Below, one piece after another: positions 25,214-34,309 of a DNA stretch of 36,336 nucleotides. How positions within the stretch are numbered: position 1 is the stretch's first letter; each line of letters opens with the position of its first letter. Both the position numbers and the translations under genes were made by a program. The DNA is from Hyalangium gracile (GTDB lineage Bacteria > Myxococcota > Myxococcia > Myxococcales > Myxococcaceae), in contig NZ_JAHXBG010000030.1 in NCBI RefSeq assembly GCF_020103725.1, positions 1 through 36,336 on the forward strand. Reading direction: 5' to 3'. The notes below the pieces were generated by a model. It was not told where the DNA came from and made no database searches. It saw only the letters and a program-made list of their open reading frames with translations.

Positions 25214-28087
25214 ATGGGCAACTCCTCCTCCAGTGGCATTGGCGGCTCGCGTCCTCCCTCCACGACTCGGACCCAACAGGCGTCCACGCAGGCGACCCAG
25301 AAGCCTGTCAGCGTGCCCCCGCCGCCGAAGCCGCCGCCACCTTCTCCCAAGGAGCTGATGGACAAGTTCTTCGCCCAGCAGAAGTCGAAGAACCCCAACA
25401 TCTCCGAGACGGTCGCAGGCGATGTCTCGGTGGCCAACGCGCCCCGCATGAGCCCCGCGCAGCTGATGGCCCTGGCCTCCAAGGGCTTCGCCGCCACGCT
25501 GCCCAAGGCTGGCACCGGCGCGGGGGCCACGGGCACGGTGGCTCAGAGCACTCCCTCCAAGCCGCCCACGGCCCAGAGCCCCGCCTCGTCGCTGGCGAGC
25601 GAGGTGCTCAACGATGGCAGCTCGAACTGCCTCGAGAGCGCCTACGAGTCCGCACGCCCGGGCGATCAGATCCTCCTCTACAGGGACGCGGATGATCCCG
25701 TGGGCCACGCCGTCGTGCAGCGCCCGGATGGCTCCATCTCCGACCCGAACGAGCCCGGCAAGGTGTACGCCAGCCGCGCGGAGTGGGAGGCGGCCCACAC
25801 CGACTACCACCAGCCGGTCTCCATCCCCCAGTCGCACCTGCGCCAGGTCTTCGCCCAGCCGCCCGGCCCGCAGCGAGACGCCGTCATCCAGAAGCTGGGG
25901 CTCACCTCCATCGCCTACCGCCAGGTGGCCGATGGTGTCACCGCCGAGCGCCAGGACGCGCTGCGCTTCGCGGCCGAGCAGATCGGCAATGAGCCCGCGA
26001 TGATGGAGCAGGTCTTCGCCGGGACCCTGCAGCCGGGACCGCTCACCGCCGAGGAGAGGGCCTTCCTCGTCCAGCAGATGGTGGAGCGCAGCATCGCGAG
26101 CGGTGATGCGCAGGCCTTCTCGCTGGCGGGCTCCAACCCGGCGGCGTACCCGGAGCTGGCGCGGGCGCTGGGCCATGCCTTCGAGATGGGGGCGGTGACG
26201 CCCGAGATGCTGGGCCAGTTGATGGGCCCCGACGGCCTGGGGCGATACGAGGAGTACTCGGAGTTCGCCGAGCTCATCGCCGCCAGCGGCTCGGATGCGC
26301 TCCAGTCCGAGGTGGCCGGGCAGCTGTGGGCGCTGTCGGGCGGGGATCTGTCGGCCCAGGCCGCGGCCCTCACCGCCGCCGGGAGCTCCGGGCCCGCCGC
26401 CCAGCGGCTCATCGACACCGCGGGCGTGGACGCGCTCACCCAGACCCTCACCACCCTCAGCGCCAACTCGAGCATGGGCACCGAGGACAACGTCTGGGCC
26501 CAGGCCGTCGGCGGACTGATGTCCGGACTGGCCGAGCTGCCTCGCTCGGAGACGACGGACCGTCTGGGGGCCACGGTCCTCATGGCGCTGCCGCCGGAGA
26601 CGCTCCAGAACAGCAGCACCGTGCGCGGCCCCGTGGCCCAGTACCTGTCGTCCATCCGGTTCCCCGGGGACACCGCGGCCCAGCAGGCCGACACCCGGAA
26701 CTGGGAGGCCATCCTCCAGAACACCCATGGGGCCTCGCTGCTCTTCAACCCGCAGCTGCCGGTGGAGGCCCGCCAGGCCAATCTGCTCTTCTTCCTCCAG
26801 CGGCCGAACTTCAACCCCGAGCTGCTCAACACCTACCAGGGCAACCTGGGCAGCATCGCCGCGGCCGAGGTCCAGACGGCCCTGGGCAACATGGATCCGG
26901 CGAACGTGAACGGGGCGGCGGAGCTGCCGGCCGTCCCCGGAGACCTGGCCGGCCAGTTCCCGGCCATCGCGAACCTGCCCCAGCCGGTGACCGCGGAGAG
27001 CCTGCAGGGCTCCATCCCCAACCCCATCACTCCGGCCATGGCCGCCGACTACCTGGATGCCCTGGCCTCCTCCATCGCCGCCACCGGCAACACGGACCTC
27101 TCCGCGTACACCGGCGGCGACCAGGCCATGGCGACCCTCTTCAACGTGATCGCCGGCAACCCCATCCAGCAGGCCCACCTGGATGACTTCTCGGCCATCG
27201 GCGTCGCGGGGCTGAGGGAGCTAGCCCAGCAGATCCGCGGCTCGAGTGATCCCGCGTTCGTGGCCCAGGCGCTCACGCTCGGCGGCATCCAGCACGACAC
27301 GTACTTCGACAACCTGGGGCCCTTCGTGGACAGCGTGATCGCCCAGCGCGATCAGATCCTGGGCAACATCACCGGTGTGCGGCAGCTGGCCGAGACCGCG
27401 TGCAAGACGGGCGTCTCCGCGCTGGCCATGGCCGCCGGAGGGCCCGTGGCCGCCGCCGCAGCCAACGCCGCGCTCGGCTCGGTCTTCGCGCAGCTCGAGG
27501 CCAACCAGGAGGGGCGCGAGCTCACCCTGCCCAACCTCGTCGGCGGGGCGATCCTGGACTTCGGCGTGGGAGCGCTGGCGCCCGTGCTCGGCGCGCGCGC
27601 CAAGGATGCGCTCGGGCCCGTCCTGGGGCGGCTGGCTCCCGTCATCCAGGGCCTGTTCGAGGCCGCGGGCGGTCAGGCCGCGGACATCCTCCGCGATCCG
27701 GCGAAGCTCGAGGAGCTCTGGGCGAGCGGCCAGTCGCGAGACGATCTGATGCGGGCCCTCATCCTCGGCACCGTCACCAACTCCATCCCGTGGGACTCGC
27801 TCACGCCCAACCTCAAGGGCCAGATCGCCACCTTCCTGCGCGTGGACTTCGAGACGCAGGACATCGCGTCGGAGTTGCTCAAGGGCGCGGCGATGCAGGC
27901 CGCCACCATCTGGTTCGACCCGAACTTCCAGGCCCGGCTGCGCTCGGGGGAGATCTCCCCCGAGCAGGCTGTCCAGGAGATGCAGGCCAGCGGCGTCAGC
28001 ATCTTCGGAAATGGCACCACCGGCACGGACCCCGCCACCACCGAGGCCATGCTGCGCATCCTCATGTCGAGCCCCGAGACGCCGTGA
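25214..28087 (+). CDS. Large hypothetical protein (957 aa); Pro/Ser/Thr-rich disordered N-terminus, then a long Ala/Gly/Leu-rich predicted-helical region; no signal peptide or TM
   Basis: GC3 is very high in this frame. The overlapping minus-strand 689-aa ORF is Arg/Gly-rich and is a typical antisense artefact. N-terminus MGNSSSSGIGG. A Cys...His...Asp cluster at about aa 170-215 (SNCLESAY...GHAVV...DGSISD). Confidence 0.7.
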   Translation: MGNSSSSGIGGSRPPSTTRTQQASTQATQKPVSVPPPPKPPPPSPKELMDKFFAQQKSKNPNISETVAGDVSVANAPRMSPAQLMALASKGFAATLPKAGTGAGATGTVAQSTPSKPPTAQSPASSLASEVLNDGSSNCLESAYESARPGDQILLYRDADDPVGHAVVQRPDGSISDPNEPGKVYASRAEWEAAHTDYHQPVSIPQSHLRQVFAQPPGPQRDAVIQKLGLTSIAYRQVADGVTAERQDALRFAAEQIGNEPAMMEQVFAGTLQPGPLTAEERAFLVQQMVERSIASGDAQAFSLAGSNPAAYPELARALGHAFEMGAVTPEMLGQLMGPDGLGRYEEYSEFAELIAASGSDALQSEVAGQLWALSGGDLSAQAAALTAAGSSGPAAQRLIDTAGVDALTQTLTTLSANSSMGTEDNVWAQAVGGLMSGLAELPRSETTDRLGATVLMALPPETLQNSSTVRGPVAQYLSSIRFPGDTAAQQADTRNWEAILQNTHGASLLFNPQLPVEARQANLLFFLQRPNFNPELLNTYQGNLGSIAAAEVQTALGNMDPANVNGAAELPAVPGDLAGQFPAIANLPQPVTAESLQGSIPNPITPAMAADYLDALASSIAATGNTDLSAYTGGDQAMATLFNVIAGNPIQQAHLDDFSAIGVAGLRELAQQIRGSSDPAFVAQALTLGGIQHDTYFDNLGPFVDSVIAQRDQILGNITGVRQLAETACKTGVSALAMAAGGPVAAAAANAALGSVFAQLEANQEGRELTLPNLVGGAILDFGVGALAPVLGARAKDALGPVLGRLAPVIQGLFEAAGGQAADILRDPAKLEELWASGQSRDDLMRALILGTVTNSIPWDSLTPNLKGQIATFLRVDFETQDIASELLKGAAMQAATIWFDPNFQARLRSGEISPEQAVQEMQASGVSIFGNGTTGTDPATTEAMLRILMSSPETP

Positions 28088-28153
28088 GCGCCGGCTTGCT
28101 CGGGTGACGAGGCTTGGGAGCGCGGGGGATCGCGCTCCCGTGCTCGTCCCGGC

Positions 28154-30931
28154 TCAGTACAGGAGCAGCTTGCCGGCGCGGAAGAAGCACACCCGCGTCT
28201 GATCCTGCGCGTCGACGGCGGCGTCGATCTCCGCCGCGTCCACCGCGCTCAGGTTCTCGGTGCGAGACCAGTAGTTGTCCGAGCCTGGCCGAGCGACCTC
28301 GAGCTGGCCTCCGTGAGTGAAGGCGAGGCGAGGTCTGCCGCTGGCATCCGCGGCGACGGCGAGCTCCGTGAGGGAGAATCCCTCCACGTTGGACACGCTG
28401 ACCGTGCTGGCGCTGAACGGGGTGCCGAGCGTCACCCGCTGCAGCCCGTACTGTGTGAGCAGCAGCGGTCCCGTGGTCGTCCAGGAGGTGGAGATCCTCG
28501 CGCTGCCCAGGCTGCCAGGCAGCGTCAGCGCCTCGGGTGCGCCCGTGCTCTTCCAGGCCCCCAGGAAGGTGTCGCTGTAGGGGATGTAGAGCGTGCCGCT
28601 CGGGCTGAAGACGGCATCCCCGAGGGGCTGCTGGTGGCTGCTGGCGGTGGTGGGAAAGGTGACCAGCGTGGAGGACCAGGCAGCGGCGCCCGTGCGGTAG
28701 GCGACGGCCGTGCGCCAGAGATTTCCGATGCTGTTCACGTAGCCGTACCAGCCATAGACGACGGTGGGACGGTTGCCGTTGGAGGGATCCAGAGCAATGG
28801 AGACCCAGGTGTCCGAGTCGACAGGCGTCGCGGTGGAGTCCACGCGCTCGCGGATCCAGGTGTTCCCGGAGCGCGTGGCGTACCAGAGCCCCTTGCCGCC
28901 CAGCAGGTATGCCAGGTGGGGTGTCCCATCGGCGGCGACGGTCATCGCCAGGGACTCCAGGACGACGCCGCCGGTGTTGAAGCCCATGCCATCCACCTGC
29001 TCCATGGCCCAGGTGGTGCCGGTGCGCGTGCCGTACCACAGAGAGGGGTGTGTCAGTCCGCGGAAGGCCAGGTGCGCCACGGCTCCACGCATCTCCAGCT
29101 GGCACGTCGAGCCGAAGCGCTCGTGGCCCTCGGCCACCACCTCGGGGACGCGGACGTAGGGAGTCACGGTGAGGGTGAGGGTGGCGGTGGCCTTCAGCCC
29201 GTCGTTGTCCGTGACTTCCAGCGTCACGGTGTACGTGCCCGGGGAGGCATAGGTGTGCGGGGCCTGAGGAGCCGTGCCGTCCACGGGCGGTGTCGAGTCG
29301 CCGAAGTCGAAGCGGTAGCGGGTGACAGTGCCATCCGGATCGCTGGAGGTGGCGCCGTCGAAGGTGGCGACGCGGAGGGCTTCCGCCTGAGCGGGCCCTG
29401 TCAGCCGCGCCACGGGAGGCAGCTTCACCTGCGCTGGCTCCATGACGAGCTGGATGCTGGAGCTGGCCACCCGGCCGCCGGAGTCGGTGGCCGTCAGGGT
29501 GATCTGATGCGTACCCGCGCCCAGCGAGCCCACGTCCAGTGAGGAGCCCTGGCCAAGCTGCCCGGCGAGGCTGGACTGCCAGGAGAGGCGGTTGCCGGTG
29601 AGCACGCCGTCCTCGGGATCCTGTGCGGAGCCGCGCAGAGCCACCACGGTGCCTACGGTGAAGCGGGAGCCGTTGGCCGGAGCGGTGATCTGAACGGAGG
29701 GAGGGTTGTTGGCGGGGAGGACCTCGACGGTGATGCGAGCGGCGCTCTCGTTGCCCGTGGAGTCCCTGGCGGTGAGGACGAGCTCATGGGAGCCAGGCGA
29801 GAGCCCCGGCACGGTGAGCGGGCTGCCTGTCCCGAGGGAGCCCGCGAGGCTGGAGGACCAGCGCAGCGAGGCGCCCGACAGGGGGCCATCCTCGGCGTCA
29901 GTGGCGGTGCCCTCCAGGGTGAGGGGAGTGCCAGCGAAGAGGGTGAAGCCGTTGGCGGGGCGGGTGATGGAGACGGTGGGAGCCGTCTGGCCCTGGACGG
30001 TGACGGTGACGAGCACGGAGGCGCTGGAAGAGGCGCCCAGCGAGTCGGTGGCGGTGAGCGTCAGGGTGTGAGAGCCGGCCGAGAGCAGCACGCCGGTCAC
30101 CTGGCGGCCCGTGCCCAGGGCGCCATCCTTGCTGGAGGTCCACTTCAGAGCGCTGTCGGCCAGCGTGCCATCCTCGGCATCCGTGGCGCTGCCTTGCAGG
30201 GTGACGGCCTGGGTGGTGAGGAAGCGTGCGCCCTCGGTGGGCTGTGTGAGGGTGACGACCGGCTTCAGGTTGGTGCCGGGAGGGACGACCGTCACCGTGA
30301 CGCTGGCGTAGCCAACCTGGCCTGACGGATCCACGGCGGTCAACAGCAGGCGGTGAACCCCGCGAGTCGCGCCGGAGAAGGACAGCTGGGTGCCGGTGCC
30401 GATGACGCCGCCTTTGTCGGAGCTCCAGGTGAGCGCCGCGCCGGACAGCGCTCCCGTCTCTGGATCCAGGGCCTTGCCGCGCAGCGGAATGGGCGAGCCC
30501 TCCTCGAAGGTGGCGCCCGAGGTGGGCGACTCGATGGTGGCCACCGGAGGCTGATTCTCGATGATGACGGTGACGGAGAGCTGCGCACGCGCCTGCTTAC
30601 CGCCGGAGTCGGTGACATCCAGGCTGAGGCGGTGCTCGCCGGCGGAGAGCCGGGCGCTCAGGGGAGTGCCGGTGCCCAGCTCGCCATCGAGGCTCGAGGA
30701 CCAGCGCAGGGCGGTGCCGCTCAGAGGGCCGTCTTCCGGATCGGTGGCCAGACCTGCCAGCTCATGTGGCCCGGCTCCCCGCAGCGTGGCGCCATTCTCG
30801 GGCGAGAGGATGCGGGCGGTAGGCGCGGTGTTCTCAGGCGGTGGCGGTGGCGGTGGAGGCGGCTGAGGCTTGTCGCCCCCACAGCCCGCCAGCGCCACGA
30901 GCGCGAGCACCAGAAGGATGCGTGTGGACAT
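28154..30931 (-). CDS. Surface lipoprotein with five tandem Ig-like repeats (about 93 aa each), one PKD domain and a roughly 330-aa C-terminal beta-propeller-like domain of unknown function
   Basis: 925 aa. Signal plus lipobox LVALAGCGG, then a poly-Pro linker. Each repeat carries ATDxEDGxL...W(S/T)SS(L/K)DGxLGTG...G.H.L.LTA.DS.G. PKD-like segment RYRFDFGDSTPPVDGTAPQAPHTYASPGTYTVTLEVTDNDG. The C-terminal domain has recurring (L/I)AY...GLWYAT.SGNTW units. Confidence 0.8.
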   Translation of the reverse strand: MSTRILLVLALVALAGCGGDKPQPPPPPPPPPENTAPTARILSPENGATLRGAGPHELAGLATDPEDGPLSGTALRWSSSLDGELGTGTPLSARLSAGEHRLSLDVTDSGGKQARAQLSVTVIIENQPPVATIESPTSGATFEEGSPIPLRGKALDPETGALSGAALTWSSDKGGVIGTGTQLSFSGATRGVHRLLLTAVDPSGQVGYASVTVTVVPPGTNLKPVVTLTQPTEGARFLTTQAVTLQGSATDAEDGTLADSALKWTSSKDGALGTGRQVTGVLLSAGSHTLTLTATDSLGASSSASVLVTVTVQGQTAPTVSITRPANGFTLFAGTPLTLEGTATDAEDGPLSGASLRWSSSLAGSLGTGSPLTVPGLSPGSHELVLTARDSTGNESAARITVEVLPANNPPSVQITAPANGSRFTVGTVVALRGSAQDPEDGVLTGNRLSWQSSLAGQLGQGSSLDVGSLGAGTHQITLTATDSGGRVASSSIQLVMEPAQVKLPPVARLTGPAQAEALRVATFDGATSSDPDGTVTRYRFDFGDSTPPVDGTAPQAPHTYASPGTYTVTLEVTDNDGLKATATLTLTVTPYVRVPEVVAEGHERFGSTCQLEMRGAVAHLAFRGLTHPSLWYGTRTGTTWAMEQVDGMGFNTGGVVLESLAMTVAADGTPHLAYLLGGKGLWYATRSGNTWIRERVDSTATPVDSDTWVSIALDPSNGNRPTVVYGWYGYVNSIGNLWRTAVAYRTGAAAWSSTLVTFPTTASSHQQPLGDAVFSPSGTLYIPYSDTFLGAWKSTGAPEALTLPGSLGSARISTSWTTTGPLLLTQYGLQRVTLGTPFSASTVSVSNVEGFSLTELAVAADASGRPRLAFTHGGQLEVARPGSDNYWSRTENLSAVDAAEIDAAVDAQDQTRVCFFRAGKLLLY

Positions 30932-30940
30932 GGCTCGGCT

Positions 30941-32389
30941 CTACTGGAACATCACCTTCGAGCCGGACTGGAAGCAGTAGTGGAGCGCGCCCGTCGTGGG
31001 CCGCTGCGCCAGGGCGACGCGCCTGTTGGTGGTCGCCGTACCGACGTCCGTATAGGTCCAGTAGTTGTTGGCGTTGGGGGCGACCAGCTCCAGGGAGCTC
31101 CCATGGAGATGGATTTCCTGGGGCTTGCCCCCGGCGAAGACCAGGTCACCCACGGGCGCCTGGACTCCTTCGATATCCGAGACGATGAAGGAGGCCACGG
31201 GCGTCGTCGTTCCGACAGTGATGTCCAACAGGGTGCTCCCCGCTCGGAGCAGCAGGCGTCCCGTCCCCGTCCTCACCAGGGCCTCCTGGTCGCTCTCGTA
31301 CAGAGTGCCGCTGAAGAACACGTAGCTGGCAGGGGCCGCGTTTGCCTTCCAGGTGCCGATCGCGGCGTACCCGAAGGGAATGTAGAGCGTCCCGTTGGGC
31401 TCGAAGACCATCTCCCCTCGGACGTTCTGCTCCTCATAGGCGTAGTTGTGCGGGAACTCGAGCATGGTGGCGGTCCAGGCGTTCGCGCCTGTCCGGTAGG
31501 CCATGACGGTCCGGGTGGTGGTGGTCCCCGCGCTGCTGAGATAGCCACGCCAGCTATAGGCGATCGTGGGGCGGTTGCCCTGGGACGGATCCAGGGCGAT
31601 GGAGACGCGGTAGTTGGAGTGGGGCGGGAGCGAAGGGGTGTCGACCCGCTCACGGATCCACGTGTTGCCCGAGAGCGTGGCGTACCACACGCCCTTGCCG
31701 CTCATCCTGTAGGCGATGTGGGGCTTGCCCGCGGTGTCCAGGACCATCGCCATGGTGTTCATCACGATGCCGCCCGTGTTGAAGCCCATGCCATCCACCA
31801 TCTGGGTCGTCCACGCGGAGCCGTTCCAGGTGCCGTACCAGAGCGAGGGGTGGGTCTCGTTGTGGTAGATGAGGTGCCCGATCCCCGCCGCATCGAAGGC
31901 CAGGTCACAGACATCGCCCGTCTCGTCGTCGGAGGTATCCACGGCCACGGGGGCGAACGCCACGTTGGCGGCCTGGGGTTCGGTGGACTGGCTGGAGGCC
32001 TCGGCGGAGACGCGGTACTGGAAGGTCTCGGTGAGCTGCTCGCCCGAGTCCGTCTCCGCGGTGAGGGTGAGGGTGGCGGTGCCGGCCCGAGGCAGCGTCC
32101 AGGTGGCCTCCATCCCCTGCGTCTCCAGCATCCCGCCGCTGGCGCTCCAGAGCACGGATTTCACGTCCGGCCGCGAGGAGACGGCGCGGAAGCGCTCCAC
32201 CGTGCGCTCCAGATAGGGGCCCTGGTTCTCTCGCTCCAGGCTGAAGCTGCGCGCGGTGGGCAGCGGCAGGTTCCCTGAGGAGGGGATGGCCGGGTGGGAA
32301 GGGACCACCGAGGTGGGCTCGGCGCAGCCCACGAGGACGAGAGCGGTACACAGGCCGAGGCGCCAGGCCTGCCAGAGAAGCGAGGTCAT
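30941..32389 (-). CDS. Paralogous lipoprotein: one Ig-like domain plus the same C-terminal beta-propeller-like domain as the upstream lipoprotein
   Basis: 482 aa with lipobox LVLVGCAEP. The C-terminal region is about 55-60% identical to the neighbour (HPSLWYGTWNGSAWTTQMVDGMGFNTGG...GKGVWYATLSGNTWIRERVDTPS). A shared 24-nt DNA identity, GTGTTGAAGCCCATGCCATCCACC, occurs in both genes. The gap to the neighbour is 9 nt. Confidence 0.8.
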   Translation of the reverse strand: MTSLLWQAWRLGLCTALVLVGCAEPTSVVPSHPAIPSSGNLPLPTARSFSLERENQGPYLERTVERFRAVSSRPDVKSVLWSASGGMLETQGMEATWTLPRAGTATLTLTAETDSGEQLTETFQYRVSAEASSQSTEPQAANVAFAPVAVDTSDDETGDVCDLAFDAAGIGHLIYHNETHPSLWYGTWNGSAWTTQMVDGMGFNTGGIVMNTMAMVLDTAGKPHIAYRMSGKGVWYATLSGNTWIRERVDTPSLPPHSNYRVSIALDPSQGNRPTIAYSWRGYLSSAGTTTTRTVMAYRTGANAWTATMLEFPHNYAYEEQNVRGEMVFEPNGTLYIPFGYAAIGTWKANAAPASYVFFSGTLYESDQEALVRTGTGRLLLRAGSTLLDITVGTTTPVASFIVSDIEGVQAPVGDLVFAGGKPQEIHLHGSSLELVAPNANNYWTYTDVGTATTNRRVALAQRPTTGALHYCFQSGSKVMFQ

Positions 32390-32423
32390 GTGAGGGGGCT
32401 CCCTTTGGGAAGTCAGCCTCCGC

Positions 32424-33353
32424 TTATCGAGCGGAGGCGACTGCCGTCAATTGCGGCTTCCCCTCAAGCGCGCAGGAGGTGAGCGCCGCCACGACTGGCA
32501 GGCCTGTGTTGTAGAGGGCCGTGCGGCTGCTGCCCACCTGCTGCACGCTGCGGTTCCAGATGACGTAGGAGAGCACCAGGGAGATCAGCGCCGAGTAGGC
32601 CAGGGCCGCCCACGCTCCAGGTCCGACGCGGGAGGGCTCGAGCTCCAGCACGGCCGGCAACCCCGCGAGGACCACGGCGGGGGCACCGGAGATCATCGTC
32701 ATCGCGGTGACGCGCAGCGCCGACAGTCCCGGGTCCAGGGTGCGCAGGCCCACCGTGTAGATGGCCCAGCAGACGCACCCGGCGAGGATGAGCAGATCCC
32801 CCACGCGCGTATCCGCGCTCAGCTCCGGCCCGCGTGCCGCCACCACCAGGATCATCCCCGGCACCGAGAGCACCAGCCCGAGCACGACGTTGCGGGTGAG
32901 CCGCTCCAGCCCGAAGGCCGCCGCGAGGGACGTGGTGAGCACCGGCGACACCGCCGTGAGCAGCCCGCTGTTGGCCGCCGTGGTGCGGTCGATGCCCAGC
33001 ATGAAGAAGAGCTGGTACAGCGTGTTGCCCATGAGCCCCAGCGCCATGAGCCGCAAGAGCGTGGCGCGGGGCAGCGGCTTCCAGCCCTCCAGCCGCCACA
33101 GCAGCACCCCCATGGCCAGCGCGGCGAGGCCGAAGCGCAGCGACATGAAGGCCAGCGCCGGAATGGCGTCCAGCGCCTCCTTCACCACCGTGTAGTTCGT
33201 CCCCCAGATGACCACCACGGAGGCGATGGCCACGTCCGACAGGGAGAAGCGGCGAGCCGGAGAGGAGGGCGGCGGGCTGGAAGGAGGGGAGGTGCTCACG
33301 GCGGAGGGACGCCTGGCGGCGCCGGGCTCCTGTACACCGGAGGCGCTTCCCAC
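32424..33353 (-). CDS. EamA/DMT-family transporter (10 predicted TM)
   Basis: 309 aa, hydrophobic throughout, with two EamA-like halves. The N-terminal 35 aa are low-complexity Ser/Pro and may not be translated; the true start may lie downstream. Confidence 0.7.
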   Translation of the reverse strand: MGSASGVQEPGAARRPSAVSTSPPSSPPPSSPARRFSLSDVAIASVVVIWGTNYTVVKEALDAIPALAFMSLRFGLAALAMGVLLWRLEGWKPLPRATLLRLMALGLMGNTLYQLFFMLGIDRTTAANSGLLTAVSPVLTTSLAAAFGLERLTRNVVLGLVLSVPGMILVVAARGPELSADTRVGDLLILAGCVCWAIYTVGLRTLDPGLSALRVTAMTMISGAPAVVLAGLPAVLELEPSRVGPGAWAALAYSALISLVLSYVIWNRSVQQVGSSRTALYNTGLPVVAALTSCALEGKPQLTAVASAR

Positions 33354-33390
33354 GCCATGGCGCTTGTCCCCCGGCGCTCCCTCGGCGTAG

Positions 33391-34308
33391 ATGCCCTCGA
33401 TGATGAGCTTCCGTTACTCCGACGAGGTGAGGTTCGCGCTGGATATGAAGGCGCCGCTGGTGGCGCTCGAGACGAGCGTGGTGGCCCAGGGCCTGCCGTA
33501 TCCGGACAACCTCGCCGCCGCCAGGGCCTGCGAAGAGGCCGTTCGCCGAGCGGGTGCCGTGCCTGCTCCCATCGCCGTGGTGGATGGCGAGGTGTGGATC
33601 GGCCTCGAGGAGGCAGGCATGCGCCGGCTCGCCGAGGGCAAGGAGAAGCTGATGAAGCTCGGCTCTCGCGACCTGCCCGTGGCCATCGCGCTGAAGGCCT
33701 CGGGAGGCACCACCGTGAGCGCCACCTGCGAGCTGGCCTCCGCCGCGGGCATCCGCGTCTTCGCCACCGGGGGGCTGGGCGGCATCCACCGGGGCGTCGC
33801 CGAGCACTGGGACATCTCCCAGGACATCGGCGCGCTGGCCCGCTACCCCGTGGCCGTGGTGTGCGCCGGGGCCAAGTCCGTGCTGGATCTGCCCAAGACG
33901 ATGGAGGCCCTGGAGACGGCCGGCGTGCCCGTGCTGGGCGTGGGCACCAGCGAGCTGCCGTCCTTCTACAGCCGAAGCTCGGGCCTGCCGCTGGAGCACC
34001 GCGTCGAGGACGCCGCCACGGCCGCTCGCATCGTCCGGGCCCGGCTGGAGCTGGAGCAGGGGGGCATGGTGTTCGCGCTGCCTCCGCCCGAGGACGTGGC
34101 CCTGCCTCGGGCGGACGTGGAGCTGCACATCGCCTCCGCGCTGGCCGAGGCCGAGCGCCAGGGCATCCGAGGCAAGGCCGTCACCCCGTTCCTGCTCTCG
34201 GACATGGCGAAGCGCACCGGCGGCAAGAGCCTGAAGGTGAACCTGGCGCTGCTGACGAACAACTCCCGGTTCGCCGGCGAGCTGGCCGTGGCCCTGGCGC
34301 GCGGCTGA
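33391..34308 (+). CDS. psuG: Pseudouridine-5'-phosphate glycosidase (PsuG/YeiN family)
   Basis: 305 aa. It is collinear with E. coli YeiN/PsuG: PLVALETS..., VFATGGLGGIHRG, DISQDIGALA, VVCAGAKSVLDL, GKAVTPFLLSDMAKRTGGKSLKVNLALL. The start could be ATG 33391, 33400 or 33403. Confidence 0.85.
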   Translation: MPSMMSFRYSDEVRFALDMKAPLVALETSVVAQGLPYPDNLAAARACEEAVRRAGAVPAPIAVVDGEVWIGLEEAGMRRLAEGKEKLMKLGSRDLPVAIALKASGGTTVSATCELASAAGIRVFATGGLGGIHRGVAEHWDISQDIGALARYPVAVVCAGAKSVLDLPKTMEALETAGVPVLGVGTSELPSFYSRSSGLPLEHRVEDAATAARIVRARLELEQGGMVFALPPPEDVALPRADVELHIASALAEAERQGIRGKAVTPFLLSDMAKRTGGKSLKVNLALLTNNSRFAGELAVALARG

Positions 34309-34309
34309 G

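Noticed and set aside
22162-25536. 1124-aa ORF on the minus strand
   Set aside because: It overlaps three plus-strand genes (FHA-EBP, AlkZ-like, start of the 957-aa protein) that have clear domain signatures and high GC3. The minus frame is Arg/Gly/Ala-rich low complexity, a GC artefact.
25109-27178. 689-aa minus-strand ORF overlapping the 957-aa plus-strand gene
   Set aside because: Plus-strand frame has strongly biased GC3 codon usage and a coherent start, whereas the minus ORF is Gly/Arg/Leu-rich, an antisense artefact.
28313-29542. 409-aa plus-strand ORF, and the 641-aa plus ORF at 30353-32278
   Set aside because: They are antisense to the two lipoprotein genes, whose translated products show signal peptides and Ig and PKD repeat structure. 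The plus frames are Gly/Arg-rich with no motifs.
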